A stretch of DNA of 64,000 nucleotides from Chiloscyllium plagiosum (lineage: Eukaryota), in the NCBI RefSeq assembly GCF_004010195.1, contig NC_057720.1, positions 19,095,601 to 19,159,600 on the forward strand, written 5' to 3'. A model generated the notes under the pieces. The model was not told where the DNA came from. It ran no database searches and worked only from the letters and a program-made list of their open reading frames with translations. Shown piece by piece: positions 25,379 through 38,117 of the stretch (within the stretch, counting starts at the first letter, position 1; every line of letters begins with the position of its first letter). The position numbers and the translations under genes were made by a program.

Positions 25379-25609
25379 TATGTATCCCAGTAGAGCCCTT
25401 AGCCACAAACAGAAAAATTACTGGTATGTGACATCATAGTGGAGTTCAGCAGTAGATAGCTACAACAAAGGCATATAGCAGCTAGGAACACAGAAGAACA
25501 TGAGTTTTGTTCGACTCACAAACAAAACATTGCAGATTTCCAATAGCAAATTGTATTTGGACTTCCCTGTCCATAGGCTCGAGTTCCTGTCGAAAGGCTT
25601 TCATTTGAT

Positions 25610-25800
25610 TAGAGATAAAAAAAAAACTGATGCTGGAAACGGGAAACGAAAGGAGTCCAGCAGGAGGCTGGAAGAATACAGCAAGTCAGGCCGCATCAGG
25701 AGATACAGAAGTGGGAATTTTAGGTGTAACCCTTCCTGAAGAAGGGTTAAGAAGGGTTACACCCGAAACAGCGACTTCTGCATCTCCTGATGCTGCCTGA
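25610..25800. mobile_element. Older inverted PLE mini-element (A-related subfamily)
   Basis: CCTGAAGAAGGGTT(AAGAAGGGTT)ACACCCGAAAC with an inverted left arm; diverged TSD-like GAAAGGCTTTCATTTG / GAAAGACTATCGTTTG. Confidence 0.7.
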
Positions 25801-26367
25801 AAGACTATCGTTTGTCAAATATGATTTTAAGACCGAAACAATCAAGACTGAACTTTCTCATGAATTTCTATTTTTCTAAGGCCTATCCAATGCTAATGTT
25901 CTTTAAGGGAAAGCCAAGATAAGAAGTAGATGTTTGTAATTGAAGAAAATTTTTATAGAATAGAGATGGGTAAAAGAAACATTACCAATCTTCACACCTG
26001 GGTTTTCTCTACTAATTTATCTACCAATAGTGGTTCTACTTGTTTTGCAGCAAGACCACTTTGTAAAGGTGATATCATCAGCAGAGATTTCCACTTCTCA
26101 GAACATCTGGGTTTTTTTGATGAACAAGTGTACAAGGTGATCCAGCATATTTCCTTGAAGGATCGCTGATATCCTAAAGAAAAGTCAACATAGTCATGAA
26201 GAAGCTACTAGTTGAGCACTGGTATACACTTTAAAAACAAAATCACAGAATCTGGCTTTAATTTCATATCGGCAGGTTGCATTATCTATTTCATGCTGTA
26301 AAAATGTGAAAAGCCATCACTTCAACTTTATTTGGAGGTTCTGCAATTTGCTTCCTGTAATTCCTTT

Positions 26368-26398
26368 CTGCAGTTCCAATGTGGCCCCCTGCTGGCTG
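26368..26398. promoter_or_regulatory. Candidate CTCF site
   Basis: Minus strand CAGCCAGCAGGGGGCCAC resembles the CCASYAGRKGGC core; on the plus strand CTGCAGTTCC resembles the upstream module. Lies in non-repeat DNA. Motif match only. Confidence 0.4.
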
Positions 26399-26789
26399 AT
26401 CAAAGCAGGGAGAAGAAATTTCTGGGTTTGGACTGTTTTACCCTTGCTAAGTTAATAACACGACATGGATGGGAATGGTAGAATTAAAATACATTTACAG
26501 ACCATGAATTGATTTTTTTTGCATAATGTTTCAATGGGGCAAAATTTCAAATTTGACTTTGCATGAAGTGTAATAGAATTTTCCTTCAATGTAGTGTGTG
26601 GCATTCCAAAGCTGTCTCAGTACACTTAAAATCCAAGTTTTATGATTATCCTGGACATGTAATGTATGATATTCTCAGGAGCATTAAGCCTAAGGATGTT
26701 TATCATTTCTAGCCCTTGATGTCCTATGTAGGAGGCTCTTTTGATGTTTTACAGTATCAACAATCACTTGAACATAATGACTAGGCACA

Positions 26790-28950
26790 GGAATAGGCAA
26801 TTCAGCCCCTCAAGCCAATTCCGCCATTTGATACAGCCATGGCGGAATTCATCTCGGCCTCAATTCCATTTTCTTGCCCACTCACCGTACTCTTCAGCCC
26901 ACTGCTAATTGCAATTCTGTCCATCTCCTGAAATTGACTCAATGATGCACCATCCACCCCACTCTCGGATAATGAATTTCACAGATTCACGACCCTTTGA
27001 GAGAAATAATTTCTCCTCATTTCTGTTTTAAATCTATGATCCCTTATCCTAAAATTATGATTTTTAGTTCTAGATTGCCCCAGGTGAGGAAACATCCTTT
27101 CTATGTCTACTTTGTCAATCCCATTTAGCATCTCCTATCCCTCAATTAGATCTCTCATTCTTCCAAACTTGAGCATATAGGCCTTAACTACTGAGTCCTT
27201 CTCCCTCATCTCTGGAATCAATCTGGTGAATCTTCTCTAAACTGCCTGTAATGCAACTACATCTCCCTTCAAGGTGACCAAAATTGTGCACAGTACTCCA
27301 GGCGAGATTTCACTAATGCCTTGTACAGTTAGGAACACCTCCCTAATTGTATACACTCTCTTCCTTTAGCAATAAATGCCAAAATTCCATTTGGCTTCCT
27401 TATGACCTGCAATACTTGCATATTTGTTTTCTGCATTCATGTGTGAGATCACCCAGATCCCTCTGTATTGAAGCACTATGAAGTTTCTCTCCATTTAGAT
27501 AAATTGCCTTTCTACTTCTCTGACCAGAATGAATAACCTCACACTTATCCATGTTAAACTTCATCTGTGAAACTCTGGTCCATTCACCTAAATTATCCAT
27601 TGGTAAATTTTTTGACTCTGCCATTGCAATTATAAGGAAAGCAGATTGGCTTTTCAGTGGTCTCAAGGTGGTATGTTGAATCCCTGGTGCCAGGGTTAAC
27701 AATGTCTCAGAGCTGCTGCAGGATATCCTGGAGTGGGCAAGTGAACAGCCATTGGTCTTGGTACACATTGGTACTAACAAGGGGTTTTCAAAAAAGGGAT
27801 GAAGTCCTGAAAGTAGGACACTTAAAGATAGTGATCTCAGGATTACACTAATGCCATGGTATATTGGTTGAACCCCTGGCTAAAAAGATGGTGCAAGAGT
27901 GAGAGTTTAGATTCCTGAGGAATTGGGACTGGTTCTGGAGGAGATGGGACCAGTATAAACTGGATGGGTTACATGGGCATAGAACAGGGATTGATGCCCA
28001 TGGGGAAGTGTTTGCTAGAGTGGTTGGGAGGGTTTAAACTAAATTGGAAAGGAACCTATGTGAGGAGTCAGGATTGGGAATCGAGGACAAGAACAAAAGA
28101 CAGAAAGGAGAATAACAAGTGATAAGAATCAAGACTATAATTTTTTAAAAAGTAGGAATTGGACAATGAATGTTAAAAGGACAAGTCTTACATTTTTGTG
28201 CCTGAATACATAAGAGTATTTAAAATAAAGTGGATGAATTAATCACTCAAAAAGATGTAAATTGGTATTTTAGAATCTGTGGGGCTAGAACTGAGAAATA
28301 CCAAGGGACAAAAAAAAATTTAGTGGAGATGGTATACAAGCCACCAAAGTGTAACGGCATTAAATAGGAAATCAGAGTTGTATGCAGTAAGGGAACATCC
28401 GTAATTATGGGTGACTTTAACTAGCATATAGATTGGGCAAATCAAATTAGTCTCAATACTGTAGAGGAGGAATTCCTAGAGTTTAAACAGCATGGTTTTC
28501 TGAGGAATATGCTGAGGAATTAATCAGAGATAAGGCATTCTTCGTTAGACTGGGTATTATGCAATGAGAACAAATTAATCGGTAAGTAGTTGTGAGACAC
28601 CCCTTCGGGGATGAGTGATAAGAATATGATAGAATTCTTCACTAAGATAGAGTGAAGTAGTTAATTCAGAGACTAGGGTCCCGAGTCTTATTGAGGAAAA
28701 CTACAATGGCATAAGGCATGAGTTGGCTATGATGTATTAGAAAATGTTACTGACAGGAATGACAGTGGCTAGGCAAATGGCAAACATTCAAAAAGTGAAT
28801 GTATGAACTGCTAAAATTGTTTATTTCTGTCTGCCGTAAGAATGCAAAGAGAACAGTGGTCAAAGCATGGTTATGAGGGAAATAGAGAGTGTTGGATGCA
28901 AAAATGAGCCATACACATTGGCAAGAAAAAAAATAATAGAACTGAACAGT
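26790..28950. mobile_element. Old CR1 fragments: minus-strand 3' part (about 26790-27600) and plus-strand ORF1/APE part (about 27636-28950)
   Basis: QMKFNMDKCEVIH on minus; degenerate HIGTN, YKPP and MGDFN motifs on plus. Confidence 0.6.
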
Positions 28951-28957
28951 TTTGGGG

Positions 28958-29050
28958 TTGAAAAATGTGGTACTGGAAAAACACAGCAGGCCAGGCAGCA
29001 TCCGAGGAGCAGGAGAATCGACGTTTCGTGCATAAGTCCTTCTTCAGGAA
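28958..29050 (-). mobile_element. Solo PLE terminus (family A, tail-less)
   Basis: GAATCGACGTTTCGTGCATAAGTCCTTCTTCAGGAA; no TSD visible. Confidence 0.78.
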
Positions 29051-30662
29051 GGACTTTATACTTTAATGAGCTTTATACTGTAAAGGACTTGGTCTCCCTT
29101 GAAGATTGAGTTGTGGGATGTTTGTCTGTGAACCAACAGAGACCGATATGTGGGTCATTGATGCCATGCATTGGTACTGCCCTACCTGTTAGTGTGCAAC
29201 CCAACAGATTTAACCCTGTTGCCTGCTGACCTGTGAAAGGAGAGGAGTTGAGTATCTCTTTCCTAGGTCTCTAATGTCAATTAGAGACCCTCCTCTGTTT
29301 CTGCCCTACTCAACATGATGACCCTGAAAGTAGGGCAGAGTTGCTGCAATTATACAAGACATTGGTAAGAGCATGCCTGGTGCATTGTGTACAATTTTGG
29401 TCACCTTACCTGAGAAATGTAGTTGCATTGAAAGCAGTTCAGAGAAAGTTGCAGGAAACGTGGCAGCCAAAGTGTGGCATAGCAAGCTTCCACAGTTAGG
29501 ATAATGATCAGGTAATCTATTTCCATTATTTTGATTGAAGGATAAATATAGGCCAAGACCTCAGGGAAATCTCCTATTCTTAAGGCAGCTTTTAGTAGAA
29601 TTGTACTGTACTGAGTCAGTATTAAGTCAAAGTCTTAAAAAGTTTGAAAATAACGTGTATAATTTAAACATGCTTTCCCATATAACTTTTTGGATATTAC
29701 AGCTGTTAATACACAAATTAAGGCATGCAAATCAAGCTTTTTAAACATATGGCTGTTGCAAACATCAATTCATTCTAGTCAGAATATTGTTTTGCTTTCG
29801 GAATTAAAAGTTTAACCATGAAATAAATGAAACGGAAGCATTTTAACAAAGTGTAATTAAAAGCTTGGGGTCATATGCTTTAATAGGTTAACAGCTAGGG
29901 AGGTAAGGCAATCAAAATGCTGAGTTTCAATGATTGCTGAAATATCTAGTGTAATGGTCCAGAACTGTGCGCTGAGGGACACACTAAAAATTGGGGTAGC
30001 TGCCACCGAGACAGTGGGGAAAGACCACTGTCTAAGGTCTTTCTGCCAAAGTACAATAGAGTCTGCTGAGTTGTTAGGCCCTCTCATTTTCTCAAATCTA
30101 TGTAAATAGTGTCTGCATAAGAAAGAAATGCTTTTGGTCTTTGCAACTGCAGGGAATGAGATTGGATGTTTGCTTTTCTTGAGACACAAAGACTACACAA
30201 AACTGCTTTAAAAGGGTCTGCTTCTGTGCTGTTGTTTTTCTTTAAAATAAAATTGTGCATTTTACTGACCACTACCCTTTTAGTGTTTGTTTGTTGATTG
30301 ACCTTCTGTACTCTTGTTTTCAAATTGCCAATAAGTAACATTTTAATGTACCTTTATATGTAATGACAGTATACAGTTTTACATGTAACTTTGTAAGTTT
30401 TTCCCATTCTTAATTATTCCTTCACTTTTTTTTGGAGCAAAAATTGGTTTAGATTTGTCACTGCCTAGCAGAAGATAATGTATTTTACATTGAATTATAT
30501 GCACTTATTGTTCTTTGCACATGATCTTTTCCTGGTCGTTAAATAATTTGTAGTTTTAATTTAATTCAGGAGATATTTTTACGTTGTTGCTTTTGCCAAC
30601 CATGAATTTATATAATTCTAATTTCATGACTCATTTCATTTACACCTTTTTTTTTCTTGTAG

Positions 30663-30778
30663 GATCAATTTGACAATATAGAGAAGCACACTCAGTGGGG
30701 TATCGACTTCTTGGAAAGATATACAAAATTTGTGAAAGAGAGATTAGACATAGAACAGAGCTATGCAAAACAGTTGAG
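30663..30778 (+). CDS. FNBP1L: FNBP1L (TOCA-1) internal coding exon, N-terminal F-BAR domain (probably coding exon 2)
   Basis: Polypyrimidine tract plus AG at 30661-30662 and GTAAG donor at 30779; 116 nt translating [38 protein letters not shown](R), matching vertebrate FNBP1[40 protein letters not shown] as recalled. Confidence 0.93.
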
Positions 30779-30917
30779 GTAAGACTGTATGTCAAAATCT
30801 TTGCGTTTGTCATCTTTAGCCACATGCACTGAAATATTTCTTTATAAACCTTCATAGACATTTTGTGGAGGTGCCAGTGTTGGCTTGTGGTGGATAAAGT
30901 CAGAAGTCATGTGACAC

Positions 30918-31208
30918 GGTCGGCAGCACGGTGGCATAGTGGTTAGCACTGCTGCCTCACAGCACCAGAGACCCGGGTTCCATTCCCACCTCAGGCAACT
31001 GTCTGTGTGTGGAATTTGCACATTCTCCCCGTGTCTGCGTGGGTTTCCTCCCACAGTCCATAAATGAGCAGGTTAGGTGAATTGGCCATGCTAAATTGCC
31101 CATAGTGTTAGGTGAAGGTGTAAATGTAGGGGAATGGATATGGGTGGGTTGCTCTTTAGAGGGTCGGTGTGAACTTGTTGGACCTGTTTCCACACTGAGT
31201 AATCTAAT
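30918..31208 (+). mobile_element. tRNA-derived HE1/V-type SINE inserted into a family-B PLE terminus (30889-31327)
   Basis: GGTGGCATAGTGGTTAGCAC (A box), GGGTTCCATTCCC (B box), V-domain, TAATCTAATC tail. Confidence 0.85.
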
Positions 31209-33509
31209 CACCAGGTTATAGTCCAACTGGTTTATTTAAGATCATAAGTTTTCGAAGCACTACTCCTTCATGTGAAGTCACTTGGTGTCATGTGACTATA
31301 ACCTGGTTTCGTGTGACTTCTGACTTCATAGACATTATATGCTTGTAGTTTAATTGCTGTCATAAACAAATTTCTAAAGTACTTTTTGATTTGATCCAGT
31401 AAAATGCATTTGATGGTGTGTACTTTTTTAATGCAAGTTTCCATGTAACTTTTTCAAACAGATTTACATTTTACAGATCTGGCACAGAAGTACAAACCCA
31501 ATCTGAATAATAAAACTGGAAAATAGAACATTACTGATATCTAGAAACCAACTAATAAACTACTCCCTTCTGAAAGTCTCATTTGACTGAGGGAAATAAA
31601 AGTTCACTTTTTAACTTGAGGTTAAGTAGTTGGGAGCATATTGATTGCATCTGGAGAGCTGGTTAGACTAATAGTTGTTAAGAGAAGGGGCTTGTTGTTC
31701 CTATGTAGAAATGTGAACAAATAAAACAAAATAGATTTTGTTGTCAGTGTGTATTTGTAAGTGGACTTGCAAACACAAAGTTTTATTTTCCATCTTATGT
31801 GGATGTTTCCATCTGCTGCTGCAGTGTTCTATAGAAGCTCAATGCAAGTTTATATCCTTCACTTTGGCATTTTATAGTTTTTGGACTCAACATTAACTTG
31901 AACAATTTTGGACTGTAAGCTATCTCCTTGCACCAACTATTTTTTCACGCTTTGCTTTTGAACAGAATTTTTTTATTATTCTGTTCTTTGAACCTCACTC
32001 TTGGCAAATCTTTTTTTCTTTCTTTATGACGACCATTACCATTTTCTTTGCAATTTATACTTTTAAAATCTTTGTCAGTAAATTTCCCTCAACACCCACA
32101 CCATTATACATCTTCCTGTTTGTTCGTTCAATTCTTTCCCCTTTTAATTTGCTTAAAGTTGATTGTATTTCAATTTCCCTTCAGTTTTGAAATAGTCTTT
32201 GACCTGAAATGTTAACTCTGTTTCCTGCTCCACAGCTGCTGCCAGATCTGCTGAAAATTTATGGCATTTTCTGTTTTTATTGGGCATATGAATAGGAAGG
32301 GTTTGGAGGGATATGGGAACGTGCTGGCAGGTGGGACTAGATTGGGTTGGGATATCTGGTTGGCATGGACAGGTTGGACCAAAAGGTCTGTTTCCATGCT
32401 GTACATCTCTATAACTCTAAGTCTATCTTTGTGGAGTTGTAAAACTTAACGTTAAACCTAAAGAAAAGCTTTCGGGAAATCAGAAAGCAAGAAATCCAGG
32501 GAAAATGTATTATATGTGCACTAAGGAGTAGGCTGACTGCTGAGATGACAGATTATACTCTAGGTTCTTGGCTGCTATTTCCACACAGCTAATTGAAGGT
32601 TTTTGCACCTGATATCATTTTGGGAGAGCAAAGTGGAATGTTGCTCTGGCCAAGGTTATGCAAGAAGTGTTTATATATTTTCATACACAATCCCTGAAGC
32701 CATTTTCCTTCAATGTGATCTTTATCCTTTGTGCCATAGATATGAGTTTGGAGAAAGAATCACTTGTAAACAGTAAATATTCCAATGTACAACATGTACT
32801 GTAGATTGAGATTAAAGGGTGGAGAACAGTGCAGAGGAAGGGAATGTTAATTGAATGCTAATATAGACTGCTTGTTCTATGCTTTTTTATATGAGACTGC
32901 AAAAATCGTTGCCTTACTAAATGTGGTAAAACTGACCATTTATTTTGTCCGTGTTTGATATTTTAGAGATCTGAACAAATTTGAGTGAGAAGTTTCTGAT
33001 GGTGTGTAGGCATGTTAACAAAGAATGTCTTTTTCTAAAACAAACTAATGAAGAAGAAGCATGTTCAGTTCCATATTTGTTTTTTTTTTAAATCGTTCCA
33101 GTATTGAGAATTGAATATTCAATGTTTTACTGAAGGATTTTTGCAATTGTGGAATTTGAGTTACCATAATAAAAGGAGAATTGATTCACTGCAAGTATTT
33201 AATTTTTTTCTATAGTTTGACTGTCTTTTGCAGATGTTACAAGTCATTCAAGTAATTTAGATAACCTTAGTTAACTGATCCTTTGAATGTAATCACCTTA
33301 ATGCTTGCAATGGATTGTGAATACCTTTAGTTGCAAGGCTGGCAGACTGGGAGTTGATTTGGTATTTTTTAATAATTTGGTATCTCCCATTAACTCTTTC
33401 CCTTGCCATTGTACAATTGAATGGAACATAAAAATAACAAAGGCGTCTTACAGTTATATAGGGCACTGGTGAAACTGCATCTTAGGTACTGTGTACCATT
33501 TTGGTCTCC

Positions 33510-33785
33510 TTGGGCTGTGTGGAGTTTGCACATTCTCCCTATGTCTGCATAGGTTTCCTCCCACAGTCCAAAGATGGGCAATTTAGGTGGATTGGCCATG
33601 TTAAATTGCCCTTAGCATCGAGGGGTGTGCAGGCTACATGGGTTAGCCGTGGGGAAATGCATGGTTACAGGGATAGAGTAGAGGGGATGTGGGTCTGGGT
33701 GCGAAGCCCTTTGGAAGGTTGGTGTGGACTTGATGGGCAGAATAGCCTGGTTCCATCCACACTGTAGGGACTCTATGATTCTATG
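33510..33785 (+). mobile_element. Truncated V-type SINE inside an old CR1
   Basis: GTGTGGAGTTTGCACATTCTCCC V-domain; CTATGATTCTATG tail. Confidence 0.7.
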
Positions 33786-35482
33786 CTTGTTAGTCTGTGG
33801 AATTCTCTTCCCGAGAAAGCAGTGAAGATGGAGTCATTCAATATATTAAAGGCTGAGTTAGACAATCTGTTTCTTAATTAAACAGACAATCAAAAATAAA
33901 TGGGATGGACAGGAAATTAGCAACAAAAATCAGCCGTGATCTTACCAAATATGAAGCAGGCTTGAGTGGCTAAAATTCCTACTCCTGCTCCTAATTTTGA
34001 TGTTTGAGTATCTGATATTTTATGTATGTCGAAGATTCATTTTTACACTTTTATCTCAACATTCTTTCTTCTCTTGTTGAGAAAGGCTGCTTAACTTGGG
34101 AAAGAGGAGCAATACTTGCAGTGAAAGGGTAAATAACTTCTGTAGTGAAGAGGAATGAGCATCATTTGCAGCAATGGGCAGAACCATATTTGTATTAAAG
34201 AACTACAGTCATATGAGTTTTAAAATGTCAATTTTATTGAAATGTACACCAATTATTTTAATGACCAGAATTGAGAATAAATAAATTCAATGTTTGAAAT
34301 TTTCAGGCTGGAGAGAGTTACTTAGTTTATGTGAAGGAACAGTTGCACCATTAGTGCCAGAGATGTCAGAAGACAGCGCTCATAATTGATTCAACCAGTC
34401 AATCAAATAACCTTTCATTTAAAGATGACTTTATGCGGAAAAGTGTTCAAAAGTGCTTCATAAAATCATACTAGGAACAAATATGGTGGGGGTGGGGTGA
34501 AATGGAGAGATTAACAGTGGTGACCAAAAGGTTAGTGAACCTTGTCAGATTTTATGAGAACTCTCAAAAGATAGAAAGGAGTAGAATAGGGGTTTATGAA
34601 AGCATTTCAGAGCATGGGATCTATCTGAGTTAAAGGCTTGTCAGCTCGTAGTTGGAAAAAGAAAGATAGTAGTGTACACATGCAATGCCAAAGTATACAA
34701 GTGCTGGAAAGTGGGGTTAGAATAGTTAGCTGATGGCTTTTGACTGGTCTAGACTTAATGGGTCCAAGGGCCTTTGTGTGTGCTTTAGACCTCAATGATT
34801 CTATGACGTTGACTTGAAATCATGCCTAAGGTTTGGATGTTCTGCTGCTGTTAGAGGCTACAGAGATATGGAAAGTGAGTCTTTGGCGTGATTAAAGCAC
34901 TGGGATAAGAGTTTTAAATTTGTGATGTTAGGAGAACTGGAATTCTATAGATTGTTACGACTAGGTTAATGTTGAGCAGAACTTGGTTTTGGGATAGGAC
35001 ATGGTCAGAAGAAGTTTGGATGAGCTGAAGTGCTAAGAGAGTGGACAAAGGTACCTTGCTTTCAAAACTGACACATTGCCATAAGGATGAGACATGTGGT
35101 CCTTCACACATTGACAGCGTAATGCATGATCATATCATTCAGTTCCCTTACGGTCAGTTCATAGAACTTTTGATCTGTCTCCTTCTCGAGAAGCTTGAAA
35201 AAGCATGAATGAATGTTTCAGAAGAAAATGAGCTGATTTAAAGGCAGAAATGTCATGTTGTTGAAGTGGACATTGATGCTCTGTTGATTTCCTTTCCTTC
35301 ACAAAAATCAACAAATGGATGATAGCTGATACCGTGGAACGTTGCTGTGCTCTCTAGATGAGTGAAAAGTGGCATAAGGGGCCAATTTTCCCTTGGAGGC
35401 AAACTTCTGACACAAATTCTTGCAGAAAGAAAATTAATTATGTGAAGTCTAGTAGGATTTGTAAAAATATGTCATAATAATT

Positions 35483-35710
35483 GGCGACTGTCTGCATGGG
35501 TTTTCTCCGGGTACTACAGTTTCCTCCCACAGTCCAAAGGTGTGCCGGTCAGGTGAATTGGCCATGCTAAATTGCCCATAGTGTTAGGTGCATTAGTCAG
35601 AGGGAAATGGGTCTGGGTGGGTTACTCTTCAGACGGTCGGTGTGGACTGGTTGGGCCGAAGGGCCTGTTTCTACACTGTAGGGAATCTAGCCTAACCTAA
35701 CCTAACCTAA
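35483..35710 (+). mobile_element. 5'-truncated HE1/V-type SINE
   Basis: CTCCCACAGTCCAAAG..GGCCATGCTAAATTGCCC; (CCTAA)n tail. Confidence 0.8.
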
Positions 35711-37110
35711 TAATCTTTGTGCTTGATTTAAGTGGACACATTGCCATAAGGCTAAGATATGTGGTCCTTCACACATTGACAGTGTAAATGCATGATTATA
35801 TCATTTAGTTCTCTTATGGTCAGTTTATAGAACTTCTGATCCGCCCACGTTTATTTTTAACAGACCAAAATATAAAGCTTTGACAGAAAGCAATCATTAA
35901 TGCCTTGATTTCTGTTATTTTTTGGATAAAATCAGAATATTAATGTTGTTTGAGAGAATGTTTAGAGAGTAAAATCCATTTATAAAAGACAACAGTTTTG
36001 AAAAATGAAGCAAACAGAGCTATTGTGATTTCCAAGGCATTTGTCCAGCCATTCGTTCTGGAAAGTGGACAGTTGCTTAGTAACAGAATAATTAGTGTCT
36101 GTACATACAAATCCCATGAAATGAAATTGAATTTTGGTTTGTTTGTGTGAAAGAGATACTGACAATCTAAATGTGAGGCATAAAGATAATGACTTGGAAT
36201 CTATTGTTGTCAGGATAGCATAAGGCAAAGGAGCAGAATAAGGCCATCCAGTCCCTGAGGTCTGCTCTGCCATTCAATCGCAGCTGGTATGTACCTCAAC
36301 CCAGTGAAGACAGCAAACGATGACACATCCTTCCCAGATCGTCTCGACGCCTTCTATGCTCGCTTTGACCAGAATTTCAGCAGAGAGGTAACAGCTATTC
36401 CGACAAGTCGTGATCAACCTATTCCAACAGTCACTGCATCAGAGGTCAGATCAGTTTTCCTTCGTGTGAATCCAAGTAAAGCGATGGGACCAGACTGAGT
36501 ACCAGGCAGTGCCCTCAGGGCATGCGCAGATCAACTGGCAGAGGTCTTCTCAGACATCTTCAACCTCTCCCTGCAGCAGGCCCCTGCCCCTGCCTGTTTC
36601 AAGAGGGCCAACATCATCCCTGTGCCTAAGAAGGCTCATGCAGCATGTCTCAATGATTACTGCTCAGTGGCCCTAACTTCGGTGATCATGAAGTGCTTTA
36701 AAAGGCTGGTCATGGCATTAATCAATTCCAGCCTCTCCTCTACTCTTGACCCACTCCAATTTGCCAATCGGACCAACAGATCCACAGATGCTGTCAGATG
36801 CCATATCACTTGCCCTGCACTCCTCCCTAGGATATCTTGACACCAAGAACGCTACTTAAGAATCCTACTCATTGACTACAGTTCAGCCTTCAACATTATT
36901 ATTCCCTCGAAACTGATTACTAAAATTAGTGATCTTGGACTAAACCCCACTCTCTGCAACTGGATCCTAAGCTTCCTGACCCACAGGCCACAATCAGTGA
37001 AGGTTGGGGGACAATATTTCATCCTCACTAACACTCAACACTGGAGTGTGTACTCAGGGGTGTGTACTCAGCTCCCTACTGTATTCACTGTGTACCCACT
37101 GTATACCCAT

Positions 37111-37143
37111 TCCTGAAGAAGGGCTTATGCCCGAAACGTCGAT
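37111..37143 (+). ncRNA. Minimal type I hammerhead ribozyme motif (family A, best-preserved copy)
   Basis: UC-CUGAAGA-A-GGGC(UUAU)GCCC-GAA-ACGU-C/GA: catalytic core, 4-bp stem II, palindromic ACGU stem III, predicted cleavage after GUC at 37140; stem I very short. Confidence 0.7.
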
Positions 37144-37224
37144 TCCCCTGTTCCCTGGATGCTGCCTCACCTGCTGCGCATTTCCAGCTCTGATCTCCAG
37201 CATCTGCAGACCTCACTTTCTCCT
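37111..37224 (+). mobile_element. Solo PLE terminus (family A, tailed) inside Rex1 RT
   Basis: 14-bp TSD CACTGTATACCCAT (37097-37110 / 37225-37238). Confidence 0.88.
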
Positions 37225-38117
37225 CACTGTATACCCATGACTGTGTTGCCAAGTACCAGACTAATGCCATTTACAAGTTCGCTGATGACACCACCATGGT
37301 TGCTCGAATCTCAGATGACGACGAAACAGACTACAGACGGGAGGTGGAAGACCTGGAAAAATAGTGCACTGAGAGCAATGGAGCTCTCAATGCTAGCAAA
37401 ACCAAGGAACTCATTATTGACTTTTGGTGGGATGTTACTCATGCCCCCCCTACACATTAGCAACACAGAGGTGGAATGAGTGGAGTGTGTCAAGCTCCTG
37501 GGAGTGGTCATCCACAACACGCTTTCTTGGACTCTTCATGTGGATGCACTGGTTACAAAGGCCCAACAACATCTCTTCTTCCTCAGGCAGCTGAGGAAAT
37601 TTGGCAAGACAGTGATTACCCTTGCTAACTTTTATCAAGTGCCATCAAGAGCATTCTGTCTGGATGTATCACTACCTGGTATGGCAACTGTACTAACCAA
37701 GTTTGGAGATAGTTATAGAGAGTGGTGAACTCAGCCCGGGCAATCACAAAGGCCAACCCCCCATCTATAGAATCCATCTACCAGGCCTGCTGTCAAGGAA
37801 AGTCCACCAGCATTTTCAAAGATTCATCCCACCCTGGCAATGTTTTTCTACAACCTCTACCATTAGGGAGAAGGTACGGAAGCCTGAACACACACACCAG
37901 CTGGTTTCAAAACAGTTTCTACCCTACCGTTGTTAGAATACTGAGTGGACTCACAAACTCTTAACATTTGCCTGTATCTGTGTTTTTGTGTTTACGGCTG
38001 TTTACCTAGTATTTACTTATCAATGCTACTTAACTCTGTGATCTGCCTAGATTGCTCGCAAGATAAAGATTTTCACTGTGCCTTGGTACACGTGACAATA
38101 AATACAATTCAATTCAA

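Larger units (their letters stand above)
36302..38117 (+). mobile_element. Rex1/Babar LINE, 5'-truncated ORF2 RT plus 3' UTR
   Basis: [57 protein letters not shown]; tail GTGACAATAAA..(ATTCA)n; flanked by TCAACCC on both sides. Confidence 0.85.

Noticed and set aside
30918..30990. tRNA gene
   Set aside because: The A/B boxes belong to a SINE head followed by V-domain and LINE tail; no cloverleaf.
35735..35841. Possible duplicated intronic C/D snoRNA
   Set aside because: No proper RUGAUGA box C, box D (CUGA) missing in the other copy, and no terminal stem.
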